Source of the DNA: an uncultured Candidatus Saccharibacteria bacterium
GTDB taxonomy: Bacteria; Patescibacteriota; Doudnabacteria; UBA920
Length of the DNA stretch: 61,893 nt
Direction: 5' to 3'
Assembly (NCBI GenBank): GCA_964600695.1
Contig: CAZRKK010000006.1
Location: 1 to 61,893, forward strand
Position numbers and translations under genes: made by a program. Of this stretch, positions 8,831 through 16,182 are shown in pieces (position 1 is the stretch's first letter; each line of letters begins with the position of its first letter). The notes beneath the pieces are model-generated. The model did not search any database. It saw only the letters and a program-made list of their open reading frames with translations, and was not told where the DNA came from.

Positions 8831-9083
8831 AATTTATTCTAACTTTATATTATATCATAAAATTATACTTTTGTCAATATATCATAAGCTTTGGTTTCTC
8901 TACTGTCCCCCTTGCCAAAACCCCAAAATTGAGATAAAATTAAGGAAATTTTGAATGAAAATACTATTTTCTTTATCTGTTCTTGAACACCTATAAAGTA
9001 CAATATATTTGAGATCTCAAAAGAATAAACAACAATTAATGTTCTCTGCGCCAATTGGGGTGTAGAGATAAGGAACCATCCTT

Positions 9084-9566
9084 ATGCCGCGATATGAGTT
9101 AATGTATATTCTCGCGTCTAGTGTATCTGACGATCAGGTACCAGAAACCTCTAAACAGGTAGAAACTACTGTTTCCGACTTCGGTGGAAGCAACCTTATC
9201 CACGAAATGTTGGGTAAGAAAAAACTAGCTTACCAAATTGGTAAGACTCGTAATGGACACTATGGTGTTATTAATTTTGATATGGAAGGAAAAGATCTAG
9301 CCGCGCTAGAAGCTAAAATCCGTACACAAAAGAACACTATCATCCGTCACTTAATCATCAATACAGATGAACATCTTGAACGTCTCGAAAAAGACCGAGT
9401 TGCTCAATCTAAGATTAAGCGTCGTCCACCAGAAGAAGTTGCTGCTAGTGCATCAACACCAACAACAACCGAGAGCAAACCAAAGCCAGTAAAAAAAGCT
9501 GCACCGGTCAGCAATGAAGCTTTGGATGAAGAAATCGAAAAAGCTCTTTCGGAAGAAGTTCTCTAA
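9084..9566 (+). CDS. rpsF: 30S ribosomal protein S6 with acidic and Lys-rich C-terminal extension
   Basis: MPRYELMYIL...KKLAYQIGKTRNGHYGVINF is the S6 signature. The rpsF-ssb-rpsR gene order is conserved. Confidence 0.9.
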   Translation: MPRYELMYILASSVSDDQVPETSKQVETTVSDFGGSNLIHEMLGKKKLAYQIGKTRNGHYGVINFDMEGKDLAALEAKIRTQKNTIIRHLIINTDEHLERLEKDRVAQSKIKRRPPEEVAASASTPTTTESKPKPVKKAAPVSNEALDEEIEKALSEEVL

Positions 9567-9604
9567 CCTAGAGGTTCAATAAAATAATTAAAAAATAAAT
9601 TTAT

Positions 9605-10102
9605 ATGGACTTAAACAAAGTAATGATCATCGGTCGCCTAACTCGTGATCCAGAACTTCGCACTACTCCAACTGGGACTAGTGTCTGCCAATTAGGCCTT
9701 GCAACAAACTTCGTTTACACTAATCAACAAACTGGTCAAAAAGTAGAAAATGTTGAATACCACAATGTAGTGTTATGGCGTAAACTTGGTGAAATCGCTG
9801 CTCAATATTTAAAAAAGGGGCAACGTGTTTACATCGAAGGACGACTTCAAACTCGTAGTTGGGACGGAGACAATGGTAAGAAAAATTACAAAACCGAAAT
9901 TATCGGTGACAACATGATCATGTTAGACGGTGGTGGTGGTGCCGGCAGTAACGGTGGTGGTGCCGGTGGTGCAAGCAATAGCTTTAGCCAACGACCATCT
10001 ACCCCCACAGCAAACAATGCTGACGAACAATCTTACCCAATCGAAGAACTTCCAACCATTCAACAAGGTGAAGACATCAATGTTGATGACATTCCCTTTT
10101 AG
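9605..10102 (+). CDS. ssb: Single-stranded DNA-binding protein
   Basis: The OB-fold start is MDLNKVMIIGRLTRDPELRTTPTG. It has a Gly-rich linker and the acidic tip DDIPF. Confidence 0.9.
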   Translation: MDLNKVMIIGRLTRDPELRTTPTGTSVCQLGLATNFVYTNQQTGQKVENVEYHNVVLWRKLGEIAAQYLKKGQRVYIEGRLQTRSWDGDNGKKNYKTEIIGDNMIMLDGGGGAGSNGGGAGGASNSFSQRPSTPTANNADEQSYPIEELPTIQQGEDINVDDIPF

Positions 10103-10167
10103 AATGAAATAGATCTGCGACACTTAAAATCTGTTGCCGATCATCAATTAACTAATAATATTTAACA

Positions 10168-10431
10168 ATGCCAAGAGATAATCACAACAATAACCGACGT
10201 AACGACAAGCGCGACAACGCACCTGTTGTTAAGAAAGTTTGCTATTTTTGTTCCAACAAAATTAGCACTGTAGACTACAAAGATGCGCAAACATTGCGTC
10301 GCTTTATGTCCCCTCATGCCAAAATCATGGGTCGTACTCGTACTGGTTCTTGCCCTAAGCACCAGAGAATGATAACTACTTCTTTAAAGAGAGCAAGACA
10401 TATGGCTTTACTACCTTTTGTAGCCGCTTAA
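10168..10431 (+). CDS. rpsR: 30S ribosomal protein S18
   Basis: CYFCSNKISTVDYKDAQTLRRFMSPHAKIMGRTRTGSCPKHQRMITTSLKRARHMALLPF is the S18 signature. Confidence 0.9.
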   Translation: MPRDNHNNNRRNDKRDNAPVVKKVCYFCSNKISTVDYKDAQTLRRFMSPHAKIMGRTRTGSCPKHQRMITTSLKRARHMALLPFVAA

Positions 10432-10459
10432 TACTTTTGATTGAACATCTAATAGATAC

Positions 10460-10563
10460 GCAGAAACCTTTGTCACGAAAACATCCGTTCGCTACGCCAC
10501 CTACATTGCTTCCGCAATGGGTGTCTGAGCTCTCGAGAGTTTTCTTAGACTAAAGGTTTCTGC
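10460..10563 (+). ncRNA. Candidate structured RNA or processing element between rpsR and efp (family unknown)
   Basis: A perfect 12-bp closing stem, GCAGAAACCTTT (10460-10471) with AAAGGTTTCTGC (10552-10563), encloses 80 nt. The interior holds nested GAAAAC/GTTTTC pairing and a CACC-TA-CATTGC-TTCC-GCAATG-GGTG hairpin. It is more GC-rich than its surroundings. Confidence 0.3.
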
Positions 10564-10591
10564 TTATCAATAAATCTTAACAAAAAATATA

Positions 10592-11152
10592 ATGGATCTA
10601 AATGACGTCAAATTAGGTGCTGTTATTCTTATGAACAAGGAACCTTTTCAGGTGATTTGGTCTAATAGAATGCGTACCGCTCAAAGAAAACCCGTTATGC
10701 AAGCAAAGTTGCGTAATGTGATTACTGGAAAAGTTTTAGAATACAGTTTCAAGTTTGGAGAAAAAGTTGAAGCCGCAGATGTAGCCCGTGAAAATGCCAA
10801 CTTCCTATATGCAGACAGTGATGGAACTCACTTCATGAATAACGAAACATTCGAAACAATAGATTTTGATAAAATCGTTACTCAGGAACAAGAACCATTT
10901 CTAATCGAAGGAACAAAAGTAATCGTACTGCGCTTTAATGGAAAACCTGTTTCTATCGAACTCCCTATCAAAGTTGATTTAAAAGTTATTGAATCCCCTC
11001 CCGGAATTACTGGAAACAGTGGTGGTAATGTTACCAAACCAGTAAAACTTGAGACTGGATTAGTTGTGCAAGCACCAATGTTTATCAAAGAAGGTGAAAT
11101 TATCAGAATCGATACTCGCGACGGTGCTTATGTAGAACGTGTAAACAACTAA
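10592..11152 (+). CDS. efp: Elongation factor P
   Basis: 186 aa with the typical EF-P layout (...MRTAQRKPVMQAKLRNVITGKVLEYSF...GNSGGNVTKPVKLETGLVVQAPMFI). Confidence 0.85.
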   Translation: MDLNDVKLGAVILMNKEPFQVIWSNRMRTAQRKPVMQAKLRNVITGKVLEYSFKFGEKVEAADVARENANFLYADSDGTHFMNNETFETIDFDKIVTQEQEPFLIEGTKVIVLRFNGKPVSIELPIKVDLKVIESPPGITGNSGGNVTKPVKLETGLVVQAPMFIKEGEIIRIDTRDGAYVERVNN

Positions 11153-11198
11153 ATAAAGTTTTAGGTTAGTTATAAACCTTTTACTAATTAAAAAAAAA

Positions 11199-11219
11199 GA
11201 CCCTTGTGGGTCTTTTTTT
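11199..11219. terminator. Bidirectional intrinsic terminator
   Basis: The hairpin is GACCC-TTGT-GGGTC, flanked by an A8 run upstream and a T7 run downstream. Confidence 0.75.
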
Positions 11220-11221
11220 AA

Positions 11222-11446
11222 TTATCTGTAACAGTCTCGATAATACCACCACCAACCAGTGTTACAATACGGGTTAACCCCATGAACTCCTGGCTTTGCT
11301 GGCGGAGTTGCTGATACGCTTGCACTCGAATAACTTGCCTTACCTCTAAAAGGTAATGAATGGCTACCCCATACATATCCAAAAACAAATGAAACTACAA
11401 CAATTAAAGCAGTAACTATCACTTTTTTAGGATTTTTGATTTCCAT
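11222..11446 (-). CDS. Small membrane-anchored protein
   Basis: 74-aa ORF with one TM segment (VIVTALIVVVSFVFGYVWG) and a Trp/Tyr/Cys-rich tail. Confidence 0.4.
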   Translation of the reverse strand: MEIKNPKKVIVTALIVVVSFVFGYVWGSHSLPFRGKASYSSASVSATPPAKPGVHGVNPYCNTGWWWYYRDCYR

Positions 11447-11510
11447 ATAATATTCTTTTATTAATTAACCTTTACATAAATATTATCACAAAAAAAACTA
11501 GCTAGTTAAA

Positions 11511-12425
11511 TTATCGCAATTTAGTTAAGTATTTACTCACAGCCATAGCAGCCTTAGCGCCTTCGCCTGCTGCAATAATTATTTGTTCTCCCCAATCATC
11601 ATTAACATCTCCTGCAGCGAAAACACCTTCTATGTTAGTAGATAGATCACTGTTCACTTTAATTTCGTTGTGATCATTCTTTTCGACTAAGCTTGCAAAA
11701 CTTATATTAGGCTCGTAACCAATTTCTACAAAGACTCCACTTACAGATAAGATTTGCTCATCCTCACCAAAGGGGGCAATACCAATACCTGTTACCTGTT
11801 TATCACCTTCAATTTTAGTAACCTTGGTTTGCTTGAATATTTTGACATTACTTAAATTTAAAACCTTTTCCCTAACCATAGATTCTCCTGAAAGTTCTTC
11901 GTTAACATTGATGACATAAACCTGTTTTGCAACTTTTGATAGAGCAATAATAGCGTCTAGTGCAGAATTACCGCCACCTACAACAGCTACGTTCTTCTGC
12001 TTGTACAAAGGAGCATCGCAAGTGGCACAGACTGCTACACCTTTTCCGTAAAATTCTTTTTCTCCAGGGACTCCTAGATGTCTAGGGTCTTTACCCGAAG
12101 CAATGATCACTGTTTTAGAATAGTAGACTTCACCTTTTTTATCCGTTACTGCAAAACTGGTGATGTTCTTCTCTATTCCAATAACTTCTGTATCTAGCTT
12201 TAATTCGAGATCTTCTTTTAATGATTCTAGGTGCTCTTCGAACTTTAAAGTTAAATCGGCCCCAGTGACCATAGTAAAACCGGTGTAGTTTTCTACATCA
12301 CTGCTCCAGATCATTTGACCACCAACGTTTTTAGATAACAGTAAAGTTTTGAGTTTACGCCGTGCGGTATAAATTGCAGAAGTCATTCCTGCAGGCCCTG
12401 CTCCAATAATAATAGTATCGTACAT
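11511..12425 (-). CDS. Thioredoxin-reductase-like FAD/NAD(P)-dependent disulfide oxidoreductase (paralog 2)
   Basis: The FAD motif is IIIGAGPAGMTSAIY, the redox CxxC is CATCDAPLY, and the NAD(P) motif is VVGGGNSALDAII. Confidence 0.8.
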   Translation of the reverse strand: MYDTIIIGAGPAGMTSAIYTARRKLKTLLLSKNVGGQMIWSSDVENYTGFTMVTGADLTLKFEEHLESLKEDLELKLDTEVIGIEKNITSFAVTDKKGEVYYSKTVIIASGKDPRHLGVPGEKEFYGKGVAVCATCDAPLYKQKNVAVVGGGNSALDAIIALSKVAKQVYVINVNEELSGESMVREKVLNLSNVKIFKQTKVTKIEGDKQVTGIGIAPFGEDEQILSVSGVFVEIGYEPNISFASLVEKNDHNEIKVNSDLSTNIEGVFAAGDVNDDWGEQIIIAAGEGAKAAMAVSKYLTKLR

Positions 12426-12502
12426 GTGTTAATTATATCACGTGATGAACTTTGTTATTTTACAAACATGATGTGATATCATTTAGTTAGGAGGATAAAT
12501 AC

Positions 12503-12871
12503 ATGTTTCATCCAACAAGACCGATTACTTACGAAGAAATCAATGCCATCTTAGAGCGATCTTGGGACAAAATGTCAGTTGAGCAAACAGAAAATCATAT
12601 TAAAATGAAGATCTGTCGCTTTGAACTCTCCGTTAGTTTTGATTATTCCGAAGAAAATCATTATATCTCTATCATCACCCCACATAGAACCTTAACTTTC
12701 CATACCTGGTATGGGTCACCTTGTATTTTGGATGATAATGGCCATCAAAGCCACTATAAAGAATGGGATGAAGGATTCTATAAAATGATTCGCAACATCA
12801 CCATGTTTATATACGAAAAAAGCCGGAACTTATTCCGGCCTTTTATTTTTTTGATTACATCTTTTCGATAA
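12503..12871 (+). CDS. Hypothetical protein
   Basis: 122-aa ORF preceded by AGGAGG (12490-12495). Its last 16 codons run through the terminator hairpin, so the true end is uncertain. Confidence 0.4.
   Translation: MFHPTRPITYEEINAILERSWDKMSVEQTENHIKMKICRFELSVSFDYSEENHYISIITPHRTLTFHTWYGSPCILDDNGHQSHYKEWDEGFYKMIRNITMFIYEKSRNLFRPFIFLITSFR
12822..12852. terminator. Bidirectional intrinsic terminator (gdh and 12503 ORF)
   Basis: The hairpin is GCCGGAA-CTTA-TTCCGGC, with an A-run before and a T-run after. Confidence 0.7.
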
Positions 12872-14084
12872 TACGTTGACTGGCCACTATATATGCCGCG
12901 GTGCGCATAGTAGTGTTATATTTTTCTTGAGCCTCTCGCACTGCCTTGAATGCAGCCACCATATGATCGTCCAATTTTTTAAGAACGGATTCTTTGTCCC
13001 AGTTTTCGCTATGCATATTTTGATACCATTCAAAATAACTTACACAAACTCCGCCACTGTTAGCTAAAATGTCGGGTACAACAATCACATTATTCTTTGC
13101 AAAAATAGCATCCGCTTCTGGAGTAGTCGGACCATTAGCCATTTCTAAAATAAATTTTGTTTTTACCTTATCTGCATTCTCGGCAGTTAAAACATTTTCT
13201 AACGCAGCTGGCACCAACACGTCAACATCTAATTCTAATAGTTCTTGATTACTTATAGCAGTTGTTCCTGGTAAACCTGTTAAAGATCTGGTTTCTTTCT
13301 TATGAGCTGCGGCTAATTTTAGATCGATTCCCTCTTCGTTATAAACTCCGCCTTTACTATCCGACAAAGCTACAACTTTAAATCCGTGCTCTTTTGCATA
13401 TTCAGCTAAGTAAGTTGCTACATTACCAAACCCTTGGATAGCGATAGTTTTTGTTTCGGCGGCAGGACTTGTAACCAAACCGCTTGCCAAAGCTTCGCGA
13501 AGAATATAACCACCACCATAACCAGTGGCTTCGGTACGACCTTCACTACCGCCATTGTCTATAGCTTTACCTGTAATGAAAGCAGGGGCGTTAGTATTGG
13601 TTTGCTTTTCGAATTCATCAAGCATCCAAGCCATGATTTGACCATTAGTATTTACGTCTGGTGCAGGAACATCGATCTCGGGACCAAAGTTACGCCACAT
13701 TTGTTTTATATACCCACGAGACAAGCGCTCTAATTCTGCCTCGGATAATTCTTTAGGATTAACAATAATTCCACCCTTACCACCACCAAAAGGAACATCA
13801 ATCACGGCGTTCTTAAAAGTCATCCAAAAACTTAAAGCACGAACTTCGTCAAGATTAACATCTTGGTGATAACGGATTCCACCTTTGTATGGACCACGCG
13901 CGTTGTTGTGTTGAGAACGAAAACCTGTGAAGATGCGTTGGGTACCATCGTCCATCATCACAGGAATAGAGACTTCAATGTAACGGTCAGGGTTATTTAA
14001 TTGCTGGACTTTATTTGGATCGATGTCTGCAACTTTTGCAGCTTGTGCTAACTGAGCTTTGGCGGATTCAAATGGATTATTCAT
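12855..14084 (-). CDS. gdh: Glutamate dehydrogenase (Glu/Leu/Phe/Val dehydrogenase family)
   Basis: The catalytic Lys region is PFGGGKGGI, alongside KGGIRYH. The Rossmann motif is IQGFGNVATY. 409 aa. Confidence 0.9.
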   Translation of the reverse strand: MNNPFESAKAQLAQAAKVADIDPNKVQQLNNPDRYIEVSIPVMMDDGTQRIFTGFRSQHNNARGPYKGGIRYHQDVNLDEVRALSFWMTFKNAVIDVPFGGGKGGIIVNPKELSEAELERLSRGYIKQMWRNFGPEIDVPAPDVNTNGQIMAWMLDEFEKQTNTNAPAFITGKAIDNGGSEGRTEATGYGGGYILREALASGLVTSPAAETKTIAIQGFGNVATYLAEYAKEHGFKVVALSDSKGGVYNEEGIDLKLAAAHKKETRSLTGLPGTTAISNQELLELDVDVLVPAALENVLTAENADKVKTKFILEMANGPTTPEADAIFAKNNVIVVPDILANSGGVCVSYFEWYQNMHSENWDKESVLKKLDDHMVAAFKAVREAQEKYNTTMRTAAYIVASQRIIEKM

Positions 14085-14118
14085 ATATTTATTTAATCTT
14101 AGTTGATAATGATAAATG

Positions 14119-15051
14119 CTACTCTGCGCCCATTTCGGTTAAATATTTTTCTGCGTCTAGTGCAGCCTTACAGCCTTCGCCTGCAGAGCTAATAGCTTGG
14201 CGATAGCGGTGGTCGTGCACATCACCTGCTACAAACACTCCTTCGATATTAGTTTGAGTAAAGTGCTTTTGAGCGATATATCCTTTATCATCTAGTTCTA
14301 CACCTGCATCTTTAAAGATCCCAACTGTCGGAGAATGACCAATGGCTACAAAATAACCCTGAGCCTCGATAGTGCGTTCTTCACCTGTATTATTATCTTT
14401 AACTACAATACCTGTAAGTGAATCTTGACCAAGAATATCTGTGACTGTGACATTAGTTACAAAAGAAATCTTTTCGTTATCCTGAGCTCGTTTGAGCATG
14501 ATCTTGGAAGCTTTAAACTCTTCGCGGCGATGGATGATTGTTACGTGCTTGGCAAATTTAGTTAAGAAGGTAGCTTCTTCCATGGCGCTATCCCCACCTC
14601 CGATAACAACTACGTCTAGGCCTTTGAAGAAAAATCCGTCACAAGTGGCACAAGCAGTAACACCATGACCACGCAAACGAGTTTCATTTTCTAAACCGAG
14701 CCATTTTACTTCTGCACCAGTGGCAATAATTACAGTCTTTGCTGAATATTCATTATTATCTGTTTTTACCCTGAAGGGACGAGAAGAGAAATCTACACTA
14801 GCTACATTTTCTTGAACAATCTTGGCACCAAAACGTTCGGCCTGCTTAGTCATTTTTTCCATTAACTCTGGGCCCTGAATGCCTTCTGGAAAACCTGGAA
14901 AATTTTCTACATCTGTAGTGATAGTTAGCTGACCACCAGGCTGAAGACCGGCAATGACCAAAGGTTGGAGTTCGGCACGACCAGCGTACAGAGCGGCTGT
15001 TAATCCTGCTGGACCAGAGCCGATGATAATTGTGTTGTATGTTTCGTTCAT
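14119..15051 (-). CDS. trxB: Thioredoxin reductase
   Basis: The motifs are IIIGSGPAGLTAALYA, CATCDGFFF and VVIGGGDSAMEEATFLTKF. 310 aa. Confidence 0.9.
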   Translation of the reverse strand: MNETYNTIIIGSGPAGLTAALYAGRAELQPLVIAGLQPGGQLTITTDVENFPGFPEGIQGPELMEKMTKQAERFGAKIVQENVASVDFSSRPFRVKTDNNEYSAKTVIIATGAEVKWLGLENETRLRGHGVTACATCDGFFFKGLDVVVIGGGDSAMEEATFLTKFAKHVTIIHRREEFKASKIMLKRAQDNEKISFVTNVTVTDILGQDSLTGIVVKDNNTGEERTIEAQGYFVAIGHSPTVGIFKDAGVELDDKGYIAQKHFTQTNIEGVFVAGDVHDHRYRQAISSAGEGCKAALDAEKYLTEMGAE

Positions 15052-15094
15052 GTTTTCCTTTCTATATATATCGCGTTATACACCACGCGGGATA

Positions 15095-15373
15095 TTACTT
15101 TTTAGTGTAAATTTTTACTAATTCTTTCACAGCTTCCTTGCGCTTAGCCGCACTCTTATTATTTACAGCATCCAGTGCACACTCCCCAAGGTAGCCTTCT
15201 AGGATGAGTTCGTTCACTTTTCTCAGAGCTTCTATGACAGCATGGTTTTGATTGATGATATCCATACAATAGATATCCTTCTCCACCATTCCTGCCACGG
15301 CACCTAAGTGCCCTTGAGCGGTTTTGATGCGTTTGATGATATTCTGCTGTTCGGCAGTGATTGTATTGGGCAT
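15095..15373 (-). CDS. CsoR/RcnR/FrmR-family repressor with a C36-Y61-C65 (CstR-like x-C-x-C) ligand set
   Basis: 92 aa. The family signature is RIKTAQGHLGAVAGMVEKDIYCMDIINQNHAVIEALRKV...LGEC. By my count the Cys residues fall at positions 36 and 65, and Tyr occupies position 61 where copper-sensing CsoR has His. Confidence 0.8.
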   Translation of the reverse strand: MPNTITAEQQNIIKRIKTAQGHLGAVAGMVEKDIYCMDIINQNHAVIEALRKVNELILEGYLGECALDAVNNKSAAKRKEAVKELVKIYTKK

Positions 15374-15390
15374 AGAATTAGTTTAATAGC

Positions 15391-15412
15391 TGACCCCCCT
15401 ATGGGGGGGTCA
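15391..15412. promoter_or_regulatory. Candidate CsoR-family operator: TGA-C6-TAT-G7-TCA palindrome
   Basis: TGACCCCCCTATGGGGGGGTCA lies between the -10 element and the start codon of the CsoR-family gene. Interrupted G/C tracts flanked by an inverted repeat are the known operator architecture for this family. Confidence 0.65.
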
Positions 15413-15417
15413 AAATT

Positions 15418-15446
15418 AGTATACTCTACTGTTAATAACTGGTCAA
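15418..15446 (-). promoter_or_regulatory. Sigma-70-type promoter of the CsoR-family/trxB operon
   Basis: Read on the minus strand: the -35 is TTGACC (15446-15441), the spacer is 17 nt, and the -10 is TATACT (15423-15418). Confidence 0.65.
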
Positions 15447-15514
15447 ATCTTTATCCAACTTTAGGTTTTTCTTAAAGTAGTCTTGAACAAGGTTATGTAA
15501 AACTAAAGGTACGT

Positions 15515-15586
15515 GGGCTGGGCCAGTAGTGGCAGATCAGGCTTGTCACCCTTTCGTAGCGGGTGCAACTCCCGTCCAGTCCACCA
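15515..15586 (+). ncRNA. 72-nt tRNA-like element resembling the tRNA-like domain of tmRNA (not a canonical tRNA or full ssrA)
   Basis: A 7-bp acceptor stem pairs GGGCUGG with CCAGUCC and includes G3-U70. It has discriminator A and an encoded CCA. The T-arm is GCGGG-UGCAACU-CCCGU. The 3' 28 nt (GCGGGUGCAACUCCCGUCCAGUCCACCA) nearly match the E. coli ssrA 3' end as I recall it (GCGGGUUCAACUCCCGCCAGCUCCACCA). I could not draw a D arm or anticodon arm, and there is no mRNA-like domain. Confidence 0.4.
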
Positions 15587-15663
15587 CTCTTGAAAAAGAG
15601 TTCATATGCATGGTATGATGTGCATGACAAGCCTTTTCTGCAAAGCCACTGATGGCTCGAACA

Positions 15664-15688
15664 AAGCCGCCCTATTGGGCGGCTTTTG
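15664..15688 (+). terminator. Intrinsic terminator
   Basis: The hairpin is AAGCCGCCC-TATT-GGGCGGCTT followed by TT(G). It lies ~80 nt downstream of the tRNA-like element. Confidence 0.65.
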
Positions 15689-15710
15689 CAATTCCTTTTC
15701 TCCCTTACCC

Positions 15711-15739
15711 TTGACAAATGTCAAATTCAGGAGTATACT
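15711..15739 (+). promoter_or_regulatory. Near-consensus sigma-70 promoter
   Basis: The -35 is TTGACA (15711-15716), the spacer is 17 nt, and the -10 is TATACT (15734-15739). Confidence 0.7.
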
Positions 15740-15812
15740 CCAGTGTCCGGCACGTTGCTGCTGGAAAATTAACGGAGGATTCCCGCTAACTATTGCGGGA
15801 GGAAAGGATGCT

Positions 15813-15998
15813 ATGTTTAGCTTCTTCAAGAGCTATGCTCATCACCTACTTGGGATAACTATATTAGTTGCCCATGCATCGGAGATCGGGCACGTGGCCA
15901 CTCATTTGAGCTGGTACCACGCAGTTATAGCTCTCCTCGTATTCGGGGCGTGGTATACAACCCGCACCAATCATGACGCTTGTGAAGAACTAAATTAG
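15813..15998 (+). CDS. 61-aa His-rich two-TM small membrane protein
   Basis: An internal ATG of the 15606..15998 frame is preceded by GGGAGGAAAGG. Translation is MFSFFKSYAHHLLGITILVAHASEIGHVATHLSWYHAVIALLVFGAWYTTRTNHDACEELN, with 7 His. It has its own promoter upstream and its own terminator downstream. Confidence 0.55.
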   Translation: MFSFFKSYAHHLLGITILVAHASEIGHVATHLSWYHAVIALLVFGAWYTTRTNHDACEELN

Positions 15999-16011
15999 CG
16001 TCATATCTAAA

Positions 16012-16040
16012 CTGTTCACAATTTGTGAGCAGTTTTCTTT
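16012..16040 (+). terminator. Intrinsic terminator of the small His-rich gene
   Basis: A 9-bp stem pairs CTGTTCACA with TGTGAGCAG (one G-U pair), with loop ATT. It is followed by TTTTCTTT. Confidence 0.7.
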
Positions 16041-16046
16041 AAAGCC

Positions 16047-16075
16047 TTGCAAAAACCCATGTTCTGTGGTAAAAT
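16047..16075 (+). promoter_or_regulatory. Promoter upstream of tRNA-Glu
   Basis: The -35 is TTGCAA, the spacer is 17 nt, and the -10 is TAAAAT. It lies about 30 nt before the tRNA 5' end. Confidence 0.55.
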
Positions 16076-16107
16076 TCGAGAGTTAACTCAATTTAACAAA
16101 TAAATAA

Positions 16108-16182
16108 GGCGCTATCGTCTAACGGTTAGGACAGGCGGTTTTCATCCGCCAAATCGGGGTTCGATTCCCCGTAGCGCTACCA
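16108..16182 (+). tRNA. tRNA-Glu (anticodon UUC), CCA encoded
   Basis: The cloverleaf was drawn by hand. The acceptor is GGCGCUA/UAGCGCU. The D arm is GUCU-AACGGUUA-GGAC. The anticodon arm is GGCGG-UUUUCAU-CCGCC. The T arm is CGGGG-UUCGAUU-CCCCG, followed by A-CCA. The UCGUCUA...GGAC region resembles bacterial tRNA-Glu. Confidence 0.9.

Noticed and set aside
8990-9083. An S6:S18-binding rpsF leader motif upstream of rpsF (hairpin TCTCT...AGAGA at about 9046-9071).
   Set aside because: Only a weak 5-bp stem can be drawn, and I cannot recall the consensus well enough to match it. A covariance-model scan is needed before calling it.
10460-10563. SRP (4.5S) RNA on the minus strand, suggested by the long 5'/3' closing stem and a GGAA tetraloop on the reverse strand.
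   Set aside because: The tetraloop is closed by a 6-bp perfect helix, and the conserved domain IV symmetric and asymmetric loops (the GGAAGCAGC-type sequence) are absent.
15515-15586. Canonical tRNA-Ala, or a circularly permuted two-piece tmRNA.
   Set aside because: No D arm or 7-nt anticodon loop with a 5-bp stem can be drawn in the 37 internal nucleotides. In permuted ssrA genes the 5' acceptor strand follows the CCA end, but here it precedes the T-arm, and no second GGGCUGG-like strand or ...LAA-type tag frame is seen downstream to 16000.
15795-15810. GGGAGGAAAGG as the RNase P RNA CR-I motif (GAGGAAAGUCC).
   Set aside because: The match stops after GGAAAG, no other RNase P conserved regions are nearby, and the sequence is better explained as a Shine-Dalgarno.
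15493-15998. Track ORFs 15493..15717(-), 15602..15829(-) and the long form 15606..15998(+).
   Set aside because: They run across the tRNA-like element, an intrinsic terminator and a consensus promoter, and they have Cys/Arg-rich, low-complexity translations. Only the 61-codon C-terminal part of the plus ORF has an SD, a promoter and a terminator.
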